A stretch of 64,000 nucleotides of DNA. Origin: the human T2T-CHM13v2.0 reference genome, Homo sapiens. The notes below the pieces were generated by a model. It made no database searches. It was not told the origin of the DNA and worked only from the letters and a program-made list of their open reading frames with translations. Both the position numbers and the translations under genes were made by a program. Positions 28,101-39,821 of this stretch are shown here, in pieces (position 1 is the stretch's first letter; each line of letters opens with the position of its first letter). Location of the stretch: NCBI RefSeq assembly GCF_009914755.1, contig NC_060936.1; one strand, given 5' to 3'.

Positions 28101-28467
28101 TGTATTAGTCCATTTTTACACTGCTATAAGTAACTACCAGAGACTGGGGTAATTTATGAAAAAAAAAAAAGAGATTTAATTGACTCACAGTTTTGCATGG
28201 ATGGGGAGGCCCCAGGAAACTTACGGTCATGGTGGAAGGTGAAGGGGAAGCAAAGCACATATTCCATGTCAACAGGAGAGAGAGTCAGGGGAGGTGCTAC
28301 ACTTTAAAACCATCAGATCTCCTGAAAAGTCACTTACTATCACGAGAATGGCATGGGGCCAACCACCCCATGATCCATCAAATCACCTCCCACCAGCTCC
28401 CTCCTTCAACACAAGGATTACAACTGGAGATGAGATTTGGGTGGGGACACAGAGCCAAACCATATCA
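28101..28467 (-). mobile_element. MSTA-like MaLR solo LTR
   Basis: tgtattagtcc...ggggaggtgctacac...gggtggggacacagagccaaaccatatca; perfect TSD ctcac (28096-28100 / 28468-28472). Confidence 0.93.
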
Positions 28468-28472
28468 CTCAC

Positions 28473-28675
28473 TAACTTCTGCCAGGCAGGCATTGTGCTG
28501 TATATTGTATTTGCATTTAATGCTTAGTAACCCTTACTGATGATTACTAACATTATCCCTATTTTATGGATATGGAAACTGAAACAGCCGGGTTCATTAT
28601 CTTGTCCGTAGTCACATGGTTAGGATCACTTGATTCCAAATCTGCCAACTCTGGAATCCGTTCTTACATACTACA
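28473..28675 (-). mobile_element. MIR SINE (interrupted by the MST LTR)
   Basis: cattatccctattttatggatatggaaactgaaacag...cttgtccgtagtcacatggt. Confidence 0.8.
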
Positions 28676-28676
28676 T

Positions 28677-28810
28677 CAGGTCTGCCTGTAGATGGCCTTG
28701 TAGATTGTGCAGAGTACCTCCAGGTGGTAGCAGCATGCACACTGTGTGCATTATGAGCACACTGAGATTATACTGGGAGGTACATGATAAGTGCCAGATG
28801 AATTCCAGTG
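28677..28810. mobile_element. Degenerate palindromic MITE, MER91-like
   Basis: caggtctgcc start; inverted gtacctccag / ctgggaggtac; central atgcacac-t-gtgtgcat. Confidence 0.45.
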
Positions 28811-28830
28811 CTTTTAAATGTTGTTTATTT

Positions 28831-29296
28831 TGTTAAAGAAAAAAAATTATTCAATATTACTTGTTAAAGCTTGGTAAGAAAGACTTTATTTAATATCATC
28901 ACCATAGGTATGGGAAACCACTGCAACTGCATGTTATAGTTGGTGAGAGAGATTGAGCAAGTGAGAATTCATAGCCAAGGAGCAGGGTAGGGGTTAGTAG
29001 GTGGAAAATTACTAAGAGGAAACTTTGGGGATAAGGGGGATTCCAGCCAAACCAACCTTAACGAGATTCTTACTGAAGATAGGCCAGGGTGGTCAGATAT
29101 CACCTGAGGGATGGTGGAGGATGAAGAGCCTGAGTAGATATCCAGGGCAATGCTATATCAAAGGTGTAAGGTTTTTGCTAAAGCAACATAGCAGGGCTCT
29201 TTGCTAAAACTGGATTTTATAAGAAAGTGCACAGATGGGCCTTGAAGAAGGCTTAAGAGTCTGAATAAAGTTTGACCAAGTAGAGAATTTTTGTAA
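28831..29296 (-). mobile_element. ERV1 solo LTR, MER31/MER67-like
   Basis: tgttaaagaaaaaaaattattcaat...atagccaaggagcagggt...gctaaaactggatttt...aaagtttgaccaagtagagaatttttgtaa; flanks attt / atta. Confidence 0.8.
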
Positions 29297-30976
29297 ATTA
29301 AAACAATTTTATCTTGAATGCTCTACAGTGGGTGATAGGAAAGAGGGAAATGATTTATTTCTTTTGTTTTCCCTGCAAGGATATTCCTAGATATAAATTA
29401 TATTGAAAAAAGGATGGAAGGGTAGAATGCAAGGAAATGTTGTTTCTTGCCTGTTATGGTTTCCACATTCTAGTTCAGCTGATGCACTTGAGAATGCAAC
29501 TACCCCTTTAGAACTATTCTTTCATCTAGTGTTAGTGAAAATTGTATAATGCCACCACAGTTCTTTTTCTGAGGCCTAAGGCTAGAATATTCTCTCCCCA
29601 TTATTTATTATTGTCATGCAGCCATTAGCTTTTGCCATTAGAAACTATGCTTATACTAAAGGTGTTACAGCTGGATGTATGTGCTCTAAATTCTCATTAC
29701 ATGCTGCTGACCTCTCCCTATAAATCTCAGCTTGGAGTTATCAGCTTTCTACTTGTTGGCCCTAATTGGAAAGTTCTCTGCTATATACAGGTACAAAATG
29801 TACTATTGGAGCTTGAATTTCTGCCCCTTATTAACATTGATTGCCTGGTTGACTTATTTCCTCAATTCTCTTTCCATTGGAAATCTGGCTGAAACAAATT
29901 CCTCAGTTTTATATACAAAGTGAGCTTATGATAGAACACATTACAAATCATGCAATGCAATAAATGACACAATCCAATGCTTTTGCCATTAAAGAATATT
30001 AAAATATCCTTTACTTTACTAATTACTTGAACACCATTTCTTCCACTTAATAATCTAGAAACAAATTCATGAATTTTCCAGCAGTTTGAAACTTATTTTT
30101 ATCTGTTTGAAAATCCATGTATCAGTTATACAATAGTATTTTCCATGAAGGTTTTGTAAGGAGTTATGTTATAATTTCCTAAAACCTATCTATACTTCAG
30201 ATGGATTCTATTTTGACAAGACTCCTGTGTAGCCCAGAGGTGGCAGAGGGGATATTTCTGACTTGATTTATCTGTCCATCAGAAAAAAATATTCCTTCTT
30301 CTTCAGAGGAAGGTAGACTGTATACTGCACTTAAAACTCTTAAACACTCAAAAATCCCTGTTCTCGGTTCTTTATGTATGTTAATAATGACATGCTAGAA
30401 ATCAGTAGTATTCAGAAAGATTCATCTTAAGTGCATACTTAGAAGTATCAATGTTTTAGTACATATTTAAATATTTAAACAGTTATTTCACCAATTTCTA
30501 TTAAATGCACTTCTGTAAAAAAAAAAAAAAAACTGTGTAGGGTATGCTGAATGTGAATTTTGTTTTCCTTACATTTTTATTTATTTTTTTCTATTAGAAA
30601 CTGACTAACCAATCTTCAAATAAAGCAAACTTAGGCTTCATGAACTCGTGAGATAAAATGATCAAAACTGTGTAGGTTCTAAATTAATACCTGTTTACAC
30701 TTACGATATTTGAAGAAATTAAATAAGAACACTTTCTGTTTCCCTCAGATGAACTTATTTTTCCCAGCATTAATGTCAAGAAACAATCAAAGAGGAAAAC
30801 ATTAATGTAGAAAATTTTCATCATTGAAAATTGAAGTTAAATTATTATTCTCTTTTTTTCTAATGTATGGAACAAAAGTATTTTAGGCCTTTTCTGATTA
30901 AGTTATTCTACAGAATGTTCAGGCAACATACTTTTTTTTACATCTGGTGACAAAAATAGATGCACAAAATAGGAAT

Positions 30977-31151
30977 TTATTTATTTATTTATTTTGGGAC
31001 AAATTCTCACTGTGTTGCCCAGGTTGTAGTGCAATGGCACAATCACAGCTCACTGCAACCTTGACTATTCAGGCTCAAGCAGTCCTCTGCCTCTGTCTCC
31101 CAAGTAGCTGGGACTACAGGTGTGCACCACCACACCTAGCTAATATGTTTT
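30977..31151 (-). mobile_element. FRAM or 5'-truncated AluJ right monomer
   Basis: ctcactgtgttgcccaggttg...aggctcaagcagtcc...gctgggactacagg; TSD aaaataggaattt / aaagtaggaattt. Confidence 0.9.
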
Positions 31152-32001
31152 AAAGTAGGAATTTATTATCAGATATTGCAATTTGCAGAATTATAAGGGT
31201 GGTGGACAAATTCAGCTGGAGAGACAATAAGTAGTACATACATTTGGAGATATATGATGAATTTGATTACATGAATTTAAGATTAGAAATTCCAATGTTA
31301 TACTAGTTTTATGTAGTGCTGGGCACACTGTGATAATCCAGATGCTAATCCTTAAGCACATCTACTTGATATGTTGTTACTTTTCATGTAGTATGTAGAT
31401 TATGAGAAAATAATTCCTGATTTCCCATAACTTAGAAAATTTTGTTTTTATTTCCATTATGGGCCTGTAGAAGTCAAGTACCTCTGACCTTTCAGCTCAT
31501 TTCTTTGAACAGAAAATAGTTAAGAATAATCAGCTTCTACCCTTTGAGTATTAAAAAAGAAACTGTCACCATGTCACATGATTCAAATGTAAATCTAGCT
31601 TTCTGCTCTGGCTTAGTAGAAAGATTATCTTTGCTTTAGCCTCTGACTGCTTTTAGTAAAAGAAGCAGTCCCTTCACTGCCCCTTTTGTGTGCACATTGA
31701 AAGGGAAAGAAACCAACATGTCACACATATTTAAATTTTTAAAAAGTACCTAAATTTAAGATACCACAAAGTGTTATTCTCAAATCTGTCGTGTGCTGCC
31801 TACATGCCCAGAGCTCAAAAGAAACTGGTAAAATGCATTTTGGGACAAAAGGATTTTTTCTGCTAAATATTTTAAATCTAATAATCTGATATTTTAGAGT
31901 GACTAGTTATTTTCACCTCGGTCTCGTTGAGGCTTTCCTGCTCATTTATCATTCTCTTTCTGTTTTTTTTTTTCTCTTCTTTCTGTTTTAGCATTCACCT
32001 T

Positions 32002-32892
32002 TGTAGGGTTAGAAAGGTGTGAGACCTTTTCTCATACATCAGTCAGAGGCATTAGACTTACATAATAGGTTGACACTCCTATAGCAAAAGACAGGTTAAT
32101 GAAAAAAGCATGGCAAATTTATTTAATCAAAGTTTTATGTGATATGGGAGCCTTCAGAAATGAAGACCAAAGACCCAGGGAAAACCGTCTGTTTTATGTT
32201 TACGTTCTCTTGTGATTTGACTGTGTTCTCCAAAGTTCATGTGTTGGAAAGTTAGTTCCCAATGCAACACTGTTAAGAGGTGGGGCCTAATGAGGTGATT
32301 AGGTCATAAGGGCTCTGCCTTCATAAGTGGATTAATGCCTTTATCATGTGAGTTGATAAGTTCCTGTGAAAGTTGGCTTGCTATAAAAGCAAGTTTGGTT
32401 CCCTCTTGCTCTTTCATGCTCTTTTGCTTTTCTGCCTTCTGCCATGAAATGATGCAGCAGGAAGGCCTTGTCCAGATGCCAGCACCATGCTCTTGGGCTC
32501 CCCATTTCCAGAACTGTGAGCCAGATAAACTTCTATTGCTTAGAAATTACCCACCCTGTGGTTTTCTGTTATAGCAGTACAAAATGAGCTAAGATTCATT
32601 TTGTAAGCTGTCTATTCGATAAAGAATAGACAGCTGTGTTGAAATGTAACTGGATAAAAGTATGGGTAAAATGAAATGGTAATAGGCTGAAGGAGGAAAA
32701 CCCAGCAAAACCTGTCTGTTCAGATGCTTTTTGGACTCTTTGTGTAGCATTCTTTTCTCCCAGGAAGGGGCAAGATCTTTCTGGAATGAGAATCTTCAAG
32801 AAAGAAGGGACAGGGGAGGGAGTGACTTTCTAGATTTTATGGCTTGCTTTAGAGAAGAGGGGTTCTAGATTCTGTGATTCACTTTGGGAAAG
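32002..32892 (-). mobile_element. ERV1 LTR (MER39/MER34 group) split by an MST LTR
   Basis: tgtagggttagaaaggtgtgagacc...caaatttatttaatcaaagttttatgtgatatgggagccttcagaaatgaagacc; resumes gaatagacagctgtg...cccagcaaaacctgtctgttcaga. Confidence 0.75.
32208..32596 (+). mobile_element. MSTC/MSTD-like MaLR solo LTR
   Basis: ccaaagttcatgtgttggaaa...gaggtggggcctaatgaggtgattaggtcat...cagaactgtgagccagataaac...ctgttatagcagtacaaaatgagctaaga. Confidence 0.88.
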
Positions 32893-33821
32893 TAGTATAT
32901 CATTTTCATTCTTTCACTGACCTAGGAGATAATCCTATTTTAGAAATGAAGAAAATTTGATTTTTAGAGCTTAACTAAATTTTCCCAATTCACTCAGTTC
33001 ATTAGTGGTTGACCCAAGAAGACAGACCTGACTTTTAACATCTTAAATATTCTACAAGTAATTCTTATATCTCTGAAAATTTAAACATTTTCAAAATACT
33101 TTCTCCAGTCTATTTGGTGTAATTTTTAAAATGTCTTTCATGATAATTTTCTAGGAAAAGGTTTGTGTAAGTTTCTATCAGAGGAGACTAGAATCTCTGT
33201 TAGCTGTTTTGGCCTACAATTAACACAGGAAACATGGTACTAAGTACTTATATGAATATCAAATTACGAGAAGAGTTTATGTATTTTTATGTATCCTGAT
33301 GGGTTATTACATCTTTACTATTAACATGTGAGTTGCATTGTATGTTGGTAGTTGAAACTGATTTGAGCCAGAATAGTTAATTCTTAAACATTAAGTTTTA
33401 ATTTAATAGCTTACAATCCTATTCAGTTTTAATCTTTCATTGGGAAATATAAACTGAGTAATACATACATGAGCAAACTGTATAATACTTTTGGGTGATG
33501 GGCTTTAGACTTGAATAATTCTTTAAAAGTGCATTGGTTATATTTTTTCAAAGTTTTTTCAGCAATTTTCAACACCTGTTTCAGGAGTTGAGAGCTAATT
33601 TTTCATAACACTCTTGTAATTGTTACCATCATTCTTTGGCTTTATCCTTCTGTATTCTGAAAATCATTTTTTAGTTTACTCCATCAATTTTGTTTGAGAC
33701 AAAACAGCGCATTGTTTGGCTCCTTTCTTATTTCTCTCCTTACAATGTTTTTACAGATATTACTGTTTATAAGCAATAAAACAAACACAAAAGCAACCTA
33801 AAACTACGATATCAAACTCTT

Positions 33822-34667
33822 TGTAACAATGAGGGGGTTGAAGTCATGCTGTATAACCAAAGTGATTAAAAGGAAAAAAGAAAACTACTGCTTCTTTTTT
33901 GTCATTCTGGTTTTTGAGACCAGATCTCACTCGGTTGCCCAGGTTAGAGTAGAGTGGTACAATCAAAGCTCACTGCAGCCCCTGACTCCGGGCTCAAGCT
34001 ATCCTCCTGCCTCAGCTTCCCAAGTAGCTGGGACGAGAGATGCAAGCCACCATGCCTGGCTAATTTTTTTGTATCTTTTGTAGGGACAGGGGTCTCCCGA
34101 TATTGCCCAAGTTAGTCTCAACTCCTGGGCTCAAGAGATTCTCCCATCTTGGCCTCCCAAAGTGCCAGGATTATAGGCATGAGCCAGCATACCTGGCCAA
34201 CTACTGTTTATCTACACATGCACACAACCCTTCCGACACCAAATATATGATAATTTTTCCCTTGCCAACCATTCTCCAATTTTGTCTCATACTAAATGAG
34301 TGTCTTACAATTTAACTCAATTCTTATGCTAATGGCCCAGAGTTAGTGCAGACTCCACAGGTTAAGGGCTCAATCTCACAATACGTTTCCATACTTCAGA
34401 TGCCAATCACATGTAGTATGTCCCCAGATCTCCCACAACTTCTGTCCAACATGGCCACAAATTGGGGATTCCAGCTCCTTACTCAGGTTCAATAATTTGT
34501 TAGAACAGCTCGCAGAACTCAAGGGAACATTTTCTTATAGTTACCAGTTTATTATAAAGGATATAACTCAGAAATAGTCACACGGAATTGGTGCACAGGA
34601 CATGGTGTGGGTGGGGGTACACAGCTTTCATGTTCCCTCTAGGCATGCCACCTTCCCAGTACTTGGA
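33822..34667 (-). mobile_element. MER21-family LTR (partial), interrupted by AluJ
   Basis: cagagttagtgcagactccacaggttaagggctca...cttcagatgccaatcac...caggttcaataatttgttagaacagctcgcagaactca...agtttattataaaggatat. Confidence 0.8.
33892..34198 (-). mobile_element. AluJ
   Basis: gctcactgcagcccctgactccgggctcaagc...actcctgggctcaag...ccaaagtgccaggattataggcatgagcc; TSD aactactgctt / aactactgttt. Confidence 0.95.
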
Positions 34668-35819
34668 GCAGCATTAACAGTTGTAACTATTTCTCAGCCA
34701 CATGCCAAATTTAAATGGTTGTAAGGAAACTCAGGAATGTTGCTAGAAACAAAGAAGACATTAGGCTCAACACAATTAGTAAGCAGAACGAAAGGGAATT
34801 TGCAATTTACTCTAATGTTTTTAATATTTGACTTTTGGGGGACATTTCATGATTAGAACTTTTGTGTCCTATTTAAATTTTGGTGAATGTCCCTGTTTTA
34901 TAATTTGAAATTAAATCTTGGGTTAACTTGAACTTTATGCCCCCCCCAGAGAAAAAATAATTTAGAATTTCACTTTTCCAAGCATTAGGATTGTTATTTT
35001 TGCTTGTTATGAGAAATTAAATACGTGACATTCTGAAAAAGAAAGTAGTGCTTTTCCTAAAATAGTCTCGAATTCTGTCTATCCAGATAACAAGAGGATC
35101 CATGCCACCGTTTACTACTAAAACTGTTTATCATCCCATGTGTTTGCAATTGTGTAGGATTTTTTTTCAATGATTTTTTCCTTTTTTACCATTTGATTGA
35201 CAGATACAATGAAAGTTTTTCACAGCCCCTATCCAAAACAAGTTCTGCCATGTATTAAAAACTGAAAATACCCATCCTTCATCTTGGAAGCCTCATAAAG
35301 AGTCTGATATTCTAAATGTATTTTCTAAAACATTAAAAAAAGAAAATATTTTGGTGTTTTGCCAAAGTTCCCTTAAGAATTTTAAAACTAATATTGTGTA
35401 GGTTTTTTAAAGAGGAACTGCATGTATGAAAAAATGACTTATGTGGTCAAATTGCATGCTTAGAAAGGTTTCTAGTTGAACAAAACACTGAAGGCAACAT
35501 TTGTATAGAAAATTAAAAATATATATATTTATATGTCTATACATACATATTGTTTGAAAAATCTTATTTAACTGTTTAAGCTTTATCTATAAATTGGAGA
35601 TGTGATAGCTGCCAGGAAATGATGTAGGGAGAAATGGATGAAATAGCACATACAAAGTAGTTACCTGGGTAAATCTCTATCTTATCACTAACTCTTCCAT
35701 CCCAGAGGCCTCCTTTATCACACAAGCTAAAGAACCAATTTCCACCATGTCTTATTCTTATAATCCTTTTTAAATTTAATTGATACAAAGCAGTCTTTTT
35801 AATGTATTTGTATTCCCTA

Positions 35820-35990
35820 CTAGGGCAGAGACATTGTGTGTTCATTTGCTGCCAAATTCTCCAGAGTCTCTTCTTATACATGGTATGCATTCATTTATTC
35901 ATTCATTCAAAAACAATTCTTACAGCCTACTTTGCTTTTGATGGGGTTACCATGCTGAATGAAAAATGAAGTTTCTGCTTTGATAGGATA
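35820..35990. mobile_element. Two L2 3' ends in opposite orientation (tail to tail)
   Basis: Plus strand agggcagagacattgtgtgttc...acatggtatgcattca, then minus strand cattcatttattcattcattcaaaaac...agcctact. Confidence 0.5.
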
Positions 35991-36719
35991 TAAAAATAGT
36001 TTATTTATAAGCCAATACTTTTTTGATGAGTCCAAATATATATGATAATTGTGCAATAGTTTCTAGGGCTATTTTTTTTTAGCAGGTATCAGCATAGGAA
36101 ACAAAATTAGTCCGTTGTACAAAATATTGCCTTTGTAACTTTTCTAATATTTACATTGAAGGGAGCCATTTTACATGGATATTTCTAATTTGAGGAGAGT
36201 TGCTTAACATTATTGGATGTCACTGTTTCTTACATTTTCCGTTAGTGAAAGAAGGGAGCCAATTCTGATGCTCTTCTACAATCCAGGGCTTAAAGAACCA
36301 TTATTCATTGTACTTTTCAATGTATGTCACTTTCTTTTTATAGAATGTCTTTGTGGCCCTTTCCTAGATGTCATTAATAAGGCAGTGTAGAGTTTGTCCT
36401 TGGTGGGAAGATGTATAATAGTGGTAATACTTCACCATTTTGGATTATCAAAACTGTATCTATGTGCCCTAAAACACTGAGTAGCATCTAGCAAACCATA
36501 TGTTTTCTAATATTGCTTTATATAGTGTTACAAAAAAAGTATCAATTTAAAAAATTATAATGCTAATTCATTTCAATTTAAACACAATCTAAATTAAGTC
36601 CTTTCTTATACATTTACATTCTGGAGACAAAGTTTTTGAACTGCATAGATGATCTAACAAGTATTTCAAAATGAATTTGCTCTGTTAGCATTTCCTGTAC
36701 AGATTCATTATCCTTTGTT

Positions 36720-37085
36720 TCCGTGCTTCATTTTGACCCTCAGGCTTGGAATTCCTTACCTATAGTCCTGTTAGCCCATTGATTCCTCCTTATCCTTTAA
36801 GAATTATTCTAACCATTCTTTTTTTCTGGAACCTATTTCTGCCCTTCATTCACCCCAGGGTGGTTAGATATCCGTTCTTAGTGTTCCCATAAAATCATGC
36901 ACATATTTATTTCGCTTACCATATTTTTCATAATTATGTTTCTTCATTTGCATCTCCTACTAGATTGTGACCTTTTTGATACTCAGGATTTTATGTGTTA
37001 ATCTTTGTAACTCTAAAGCTTAATGCAGTACCTGTCTTATAGATGGTGCACAGTAAATGTACATTGCATTAGTGGATGAATAAAA
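36720..37085 (+). mobile_element. L2 3' end
   Basis: ctcctactagattgtgacc...atctttgtaactctaaagcttaatgcagtacctg...acagtaaatgt...gatgaataaa. Confidence 0.8.
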
Positions 37086-37609
37086 GTTAAGAATGAAGAT
37101 GGATCTGATTCTTCATGCAGAAGATAGAGCCTCAAGGAAGGTATAGTCCAGAAGACAAAGCACAATTCAGTGATGATGACTTTTCCCACTGTGATAGTAG
37201 TCAAAGTTATAGAATGAATGGGCAATAATGAAATAAAAATTGATTGAGGAAGAACATGCAATCTAGACTAGAGAATTGACTAACCATCAATTAAGATTGT
37301 CTTTATAGAGTTCAGTTGAGATAGATTCCATAATTGTTGTGAAGAATTTGGAAATTGTACACAGAGTAAAGAATTCTGAAACTTAGTTGAAAGTAACTTG
37401 TTGAAAAACCTTATAATAATTGGGAATACAGGCACAAAGGATGTTGGAAAGTTTATTGTAGAGCCATAGATTATTGATGAGTTATCACTGCCAGCATATC
37501 CTCAGAATACATTTATGTTGTCAATTTTTAAAAGCACTTGGATAATTAATTTAGATTAATATAATTCACTTAGATTCTGTATAAAATATTGGTAAATGAT
37601 ATTACTTCC

Positions 37610-37832
37610 TTGATTTAGACTTTACTTTCTGCCACAGACTATGCTGCATACTTTCATATGCATTAACTTTAATATTTACTCCAATGTAATTATTCACATT
37701 TTACAGATGAGGAAACAGAGGGTAAGAAAGCTCAATCCAATTGTCTTGGATCATAGAACTAATAACATTTCTGACATTAAATCCATTCCATTTGAATTGA
37801 AAGTCTGTACTTACACTACTCTGCACTATGAC
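37610..37832 (-). mobile_element. MIR SINE
   Basis: cacattttacagatgaggaaacagagg core. Confidence 0.8.
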
Positions 37833-37922
37833 CCCAAGAGTCTCTAATATACATATAAGTTTTCGGCACAAGTTGAAAGTGGTAAGCATATATGTCTATA
37901 AATCTAGTTGTCTCTTACATAG

Positions 37923-38105
37923 TTATTCATTTGTTCATTTAGTCATCAAACATTTATTGGCCCTCTAGGCACTGCTAGGTACTGCATATGTAACATATCC
38001 ATATATCATCATGGAAGTTACAGTGGAAGAGACTGGCATTAGAAATATAAACAACTGTATAATGACAATTTTTGATAAATGCTATGAAGAAAACTGGAGT
38101 GCCTT
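37923..38105 (-). mobile_element. L2 3' end
   Basis: ttcatttgttcatttagtcatcaaacatttattg...aggcactgctaggtactg...gataaatgctatgaagaaaa. Confidence 0.7.
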
Positions 38106-38798
38106 TTATTAAGCAGATTACAGAGCAGGCTTCTTATGTACTTACTTCCCTGTGGGCAAATATAATTAGATTTACAATATAGCTTACTGTAATTCAAGAA
38201 GATGCTTAAAATAGCTGTAGATAAATGGGACCACACCAGTGTAATCAAGCTGAACAGTCTGAAAACGTTGGTCTTCTAGCAGTCTTTTCACAGCACAGAG
38301 GGAATTTTGGCAAACTATGTGGTATTCTTGAAGAAAATCGTGGTGTTACACTTCAATAGGTTCTGAAAATTTACCAAATGTCACATCGGTATTTCAGTTT
38401 TGGAGAGTGACTTTGAAACTATTTCATCAATGACCTACATCAGTTCACAAAAGAACATAATTATCCATGGAGATAACTCTTAGGTTACCCTTTAAAAAAG
38501 CATTATCTGTCCTGCTGCAACTCTGAGCATATGGCAGATTTTGAATCGGAAATATGGATACAGCATTTGATAAGTTTGAATATTTGGCTTAAAATATTGA
38601 TAACATTTGGCATAAAATCAAAATAGTAATATAACAGGAGAATTTATTTCATTTAGAACTTAGTAAAGGTGGGTGGTCAAAATAAATAAAAAAACAAAAA
38701 AATACAAACAAAGCAAAGCAAAACTATGTGAAACTTTGCCGGATGTTAACGACAACCTAGACCCTGGCTTTAGTGCGCATCAAAAGTTATAAAGTCTT

Positions 38799-39099
38799 GT
38801 CCGGGCACGGTAGCTCATGACTGTAATCCCAGCAGTTTGGGAGGCTGAGGTGGGTGGATTACTTGATGTCAGGAGTTCGAGACCAGCCTTGTCAACATGA
38901 TGAAATCCCATCTCTACTAAAAATACAAAAATGAGCCGAACATGTTGGCGCATGCCTGTAATCCCAGCTACTTGGGAGGCTGAGGCACGAGAATTGCTTG
39001 AGCCTTGGAGGTGGAAACTGCAGTAAGCCAAGAAAATGCACTCCAGCCTGGGCAACAGAGTGAGACTCTTTCTCAAAAACAAAAAACAAAAATGAAAAC
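38799..39099 (+). mobile_element. AluS (Sz-like)
   Basis: Full dimer; perfect TSD agttataaagtctt (38785-38798 / 39100-39113). Confidence 0.96.
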
Positions 39100-39821
39100 A
39101 GTTATAAAGTCTTACGTTTTAGTTTTAGAAGTTACCTTGGACCTGTAATATAATATCATAAATAACTGGTACTTAACTAATTTCTGATTGCAAAAAAATT
39201 TCTAAGTTAATGATCTGTTTATTTGATTTTTATTTTCTCACCAACAAATGTGTGTTGTAACTTTACTTCTCGTTCCTCCCTCCCCTTTCAAAATTTCTTT
39301 ATAACGGATAGAAAACATAATTTCCTGACAGTTGGAGACATTTTTGTAATTATCTGCAAACCTGCGAGGTTTAAGACTCTTATTTGTTAATGCCATTAGA
39401 AAGTGGTTGAAATGATTTTCATGAAGTAAGTAAAAATGTATGTGAAAGATAGAAGTTAAGCATGAAATCCAATATCATAATTGAAACCCATTATCATTTA
39501 TCAACTTTAAACATTATGAGCCTTCCCTATTATTGTTTTTCCTGGAGTTTCCTTATCCTGTTAGTACTCTTCATTATCTCTTATGTCTTTCTTGTGTACC
39601 ACTCTCACAGGGGAGAAACCTTTAAATTGGGTCTTGAGGAATAAATAGGAGCTTGCTCAACAGAAAGGTGACTAAGAGGATTTCTTAATAGGCACTGACA
39701 TCTATTCAGGCTAGAAAGTTAAATTAGTTCAGTTTTATTATTGGATGTAGTGCAAGAGAAGACATGATGCTAAAAGAGAATAAAGCAGTGGTATAGGGTC
39801 AGATCAGATAGCAAAACCATT

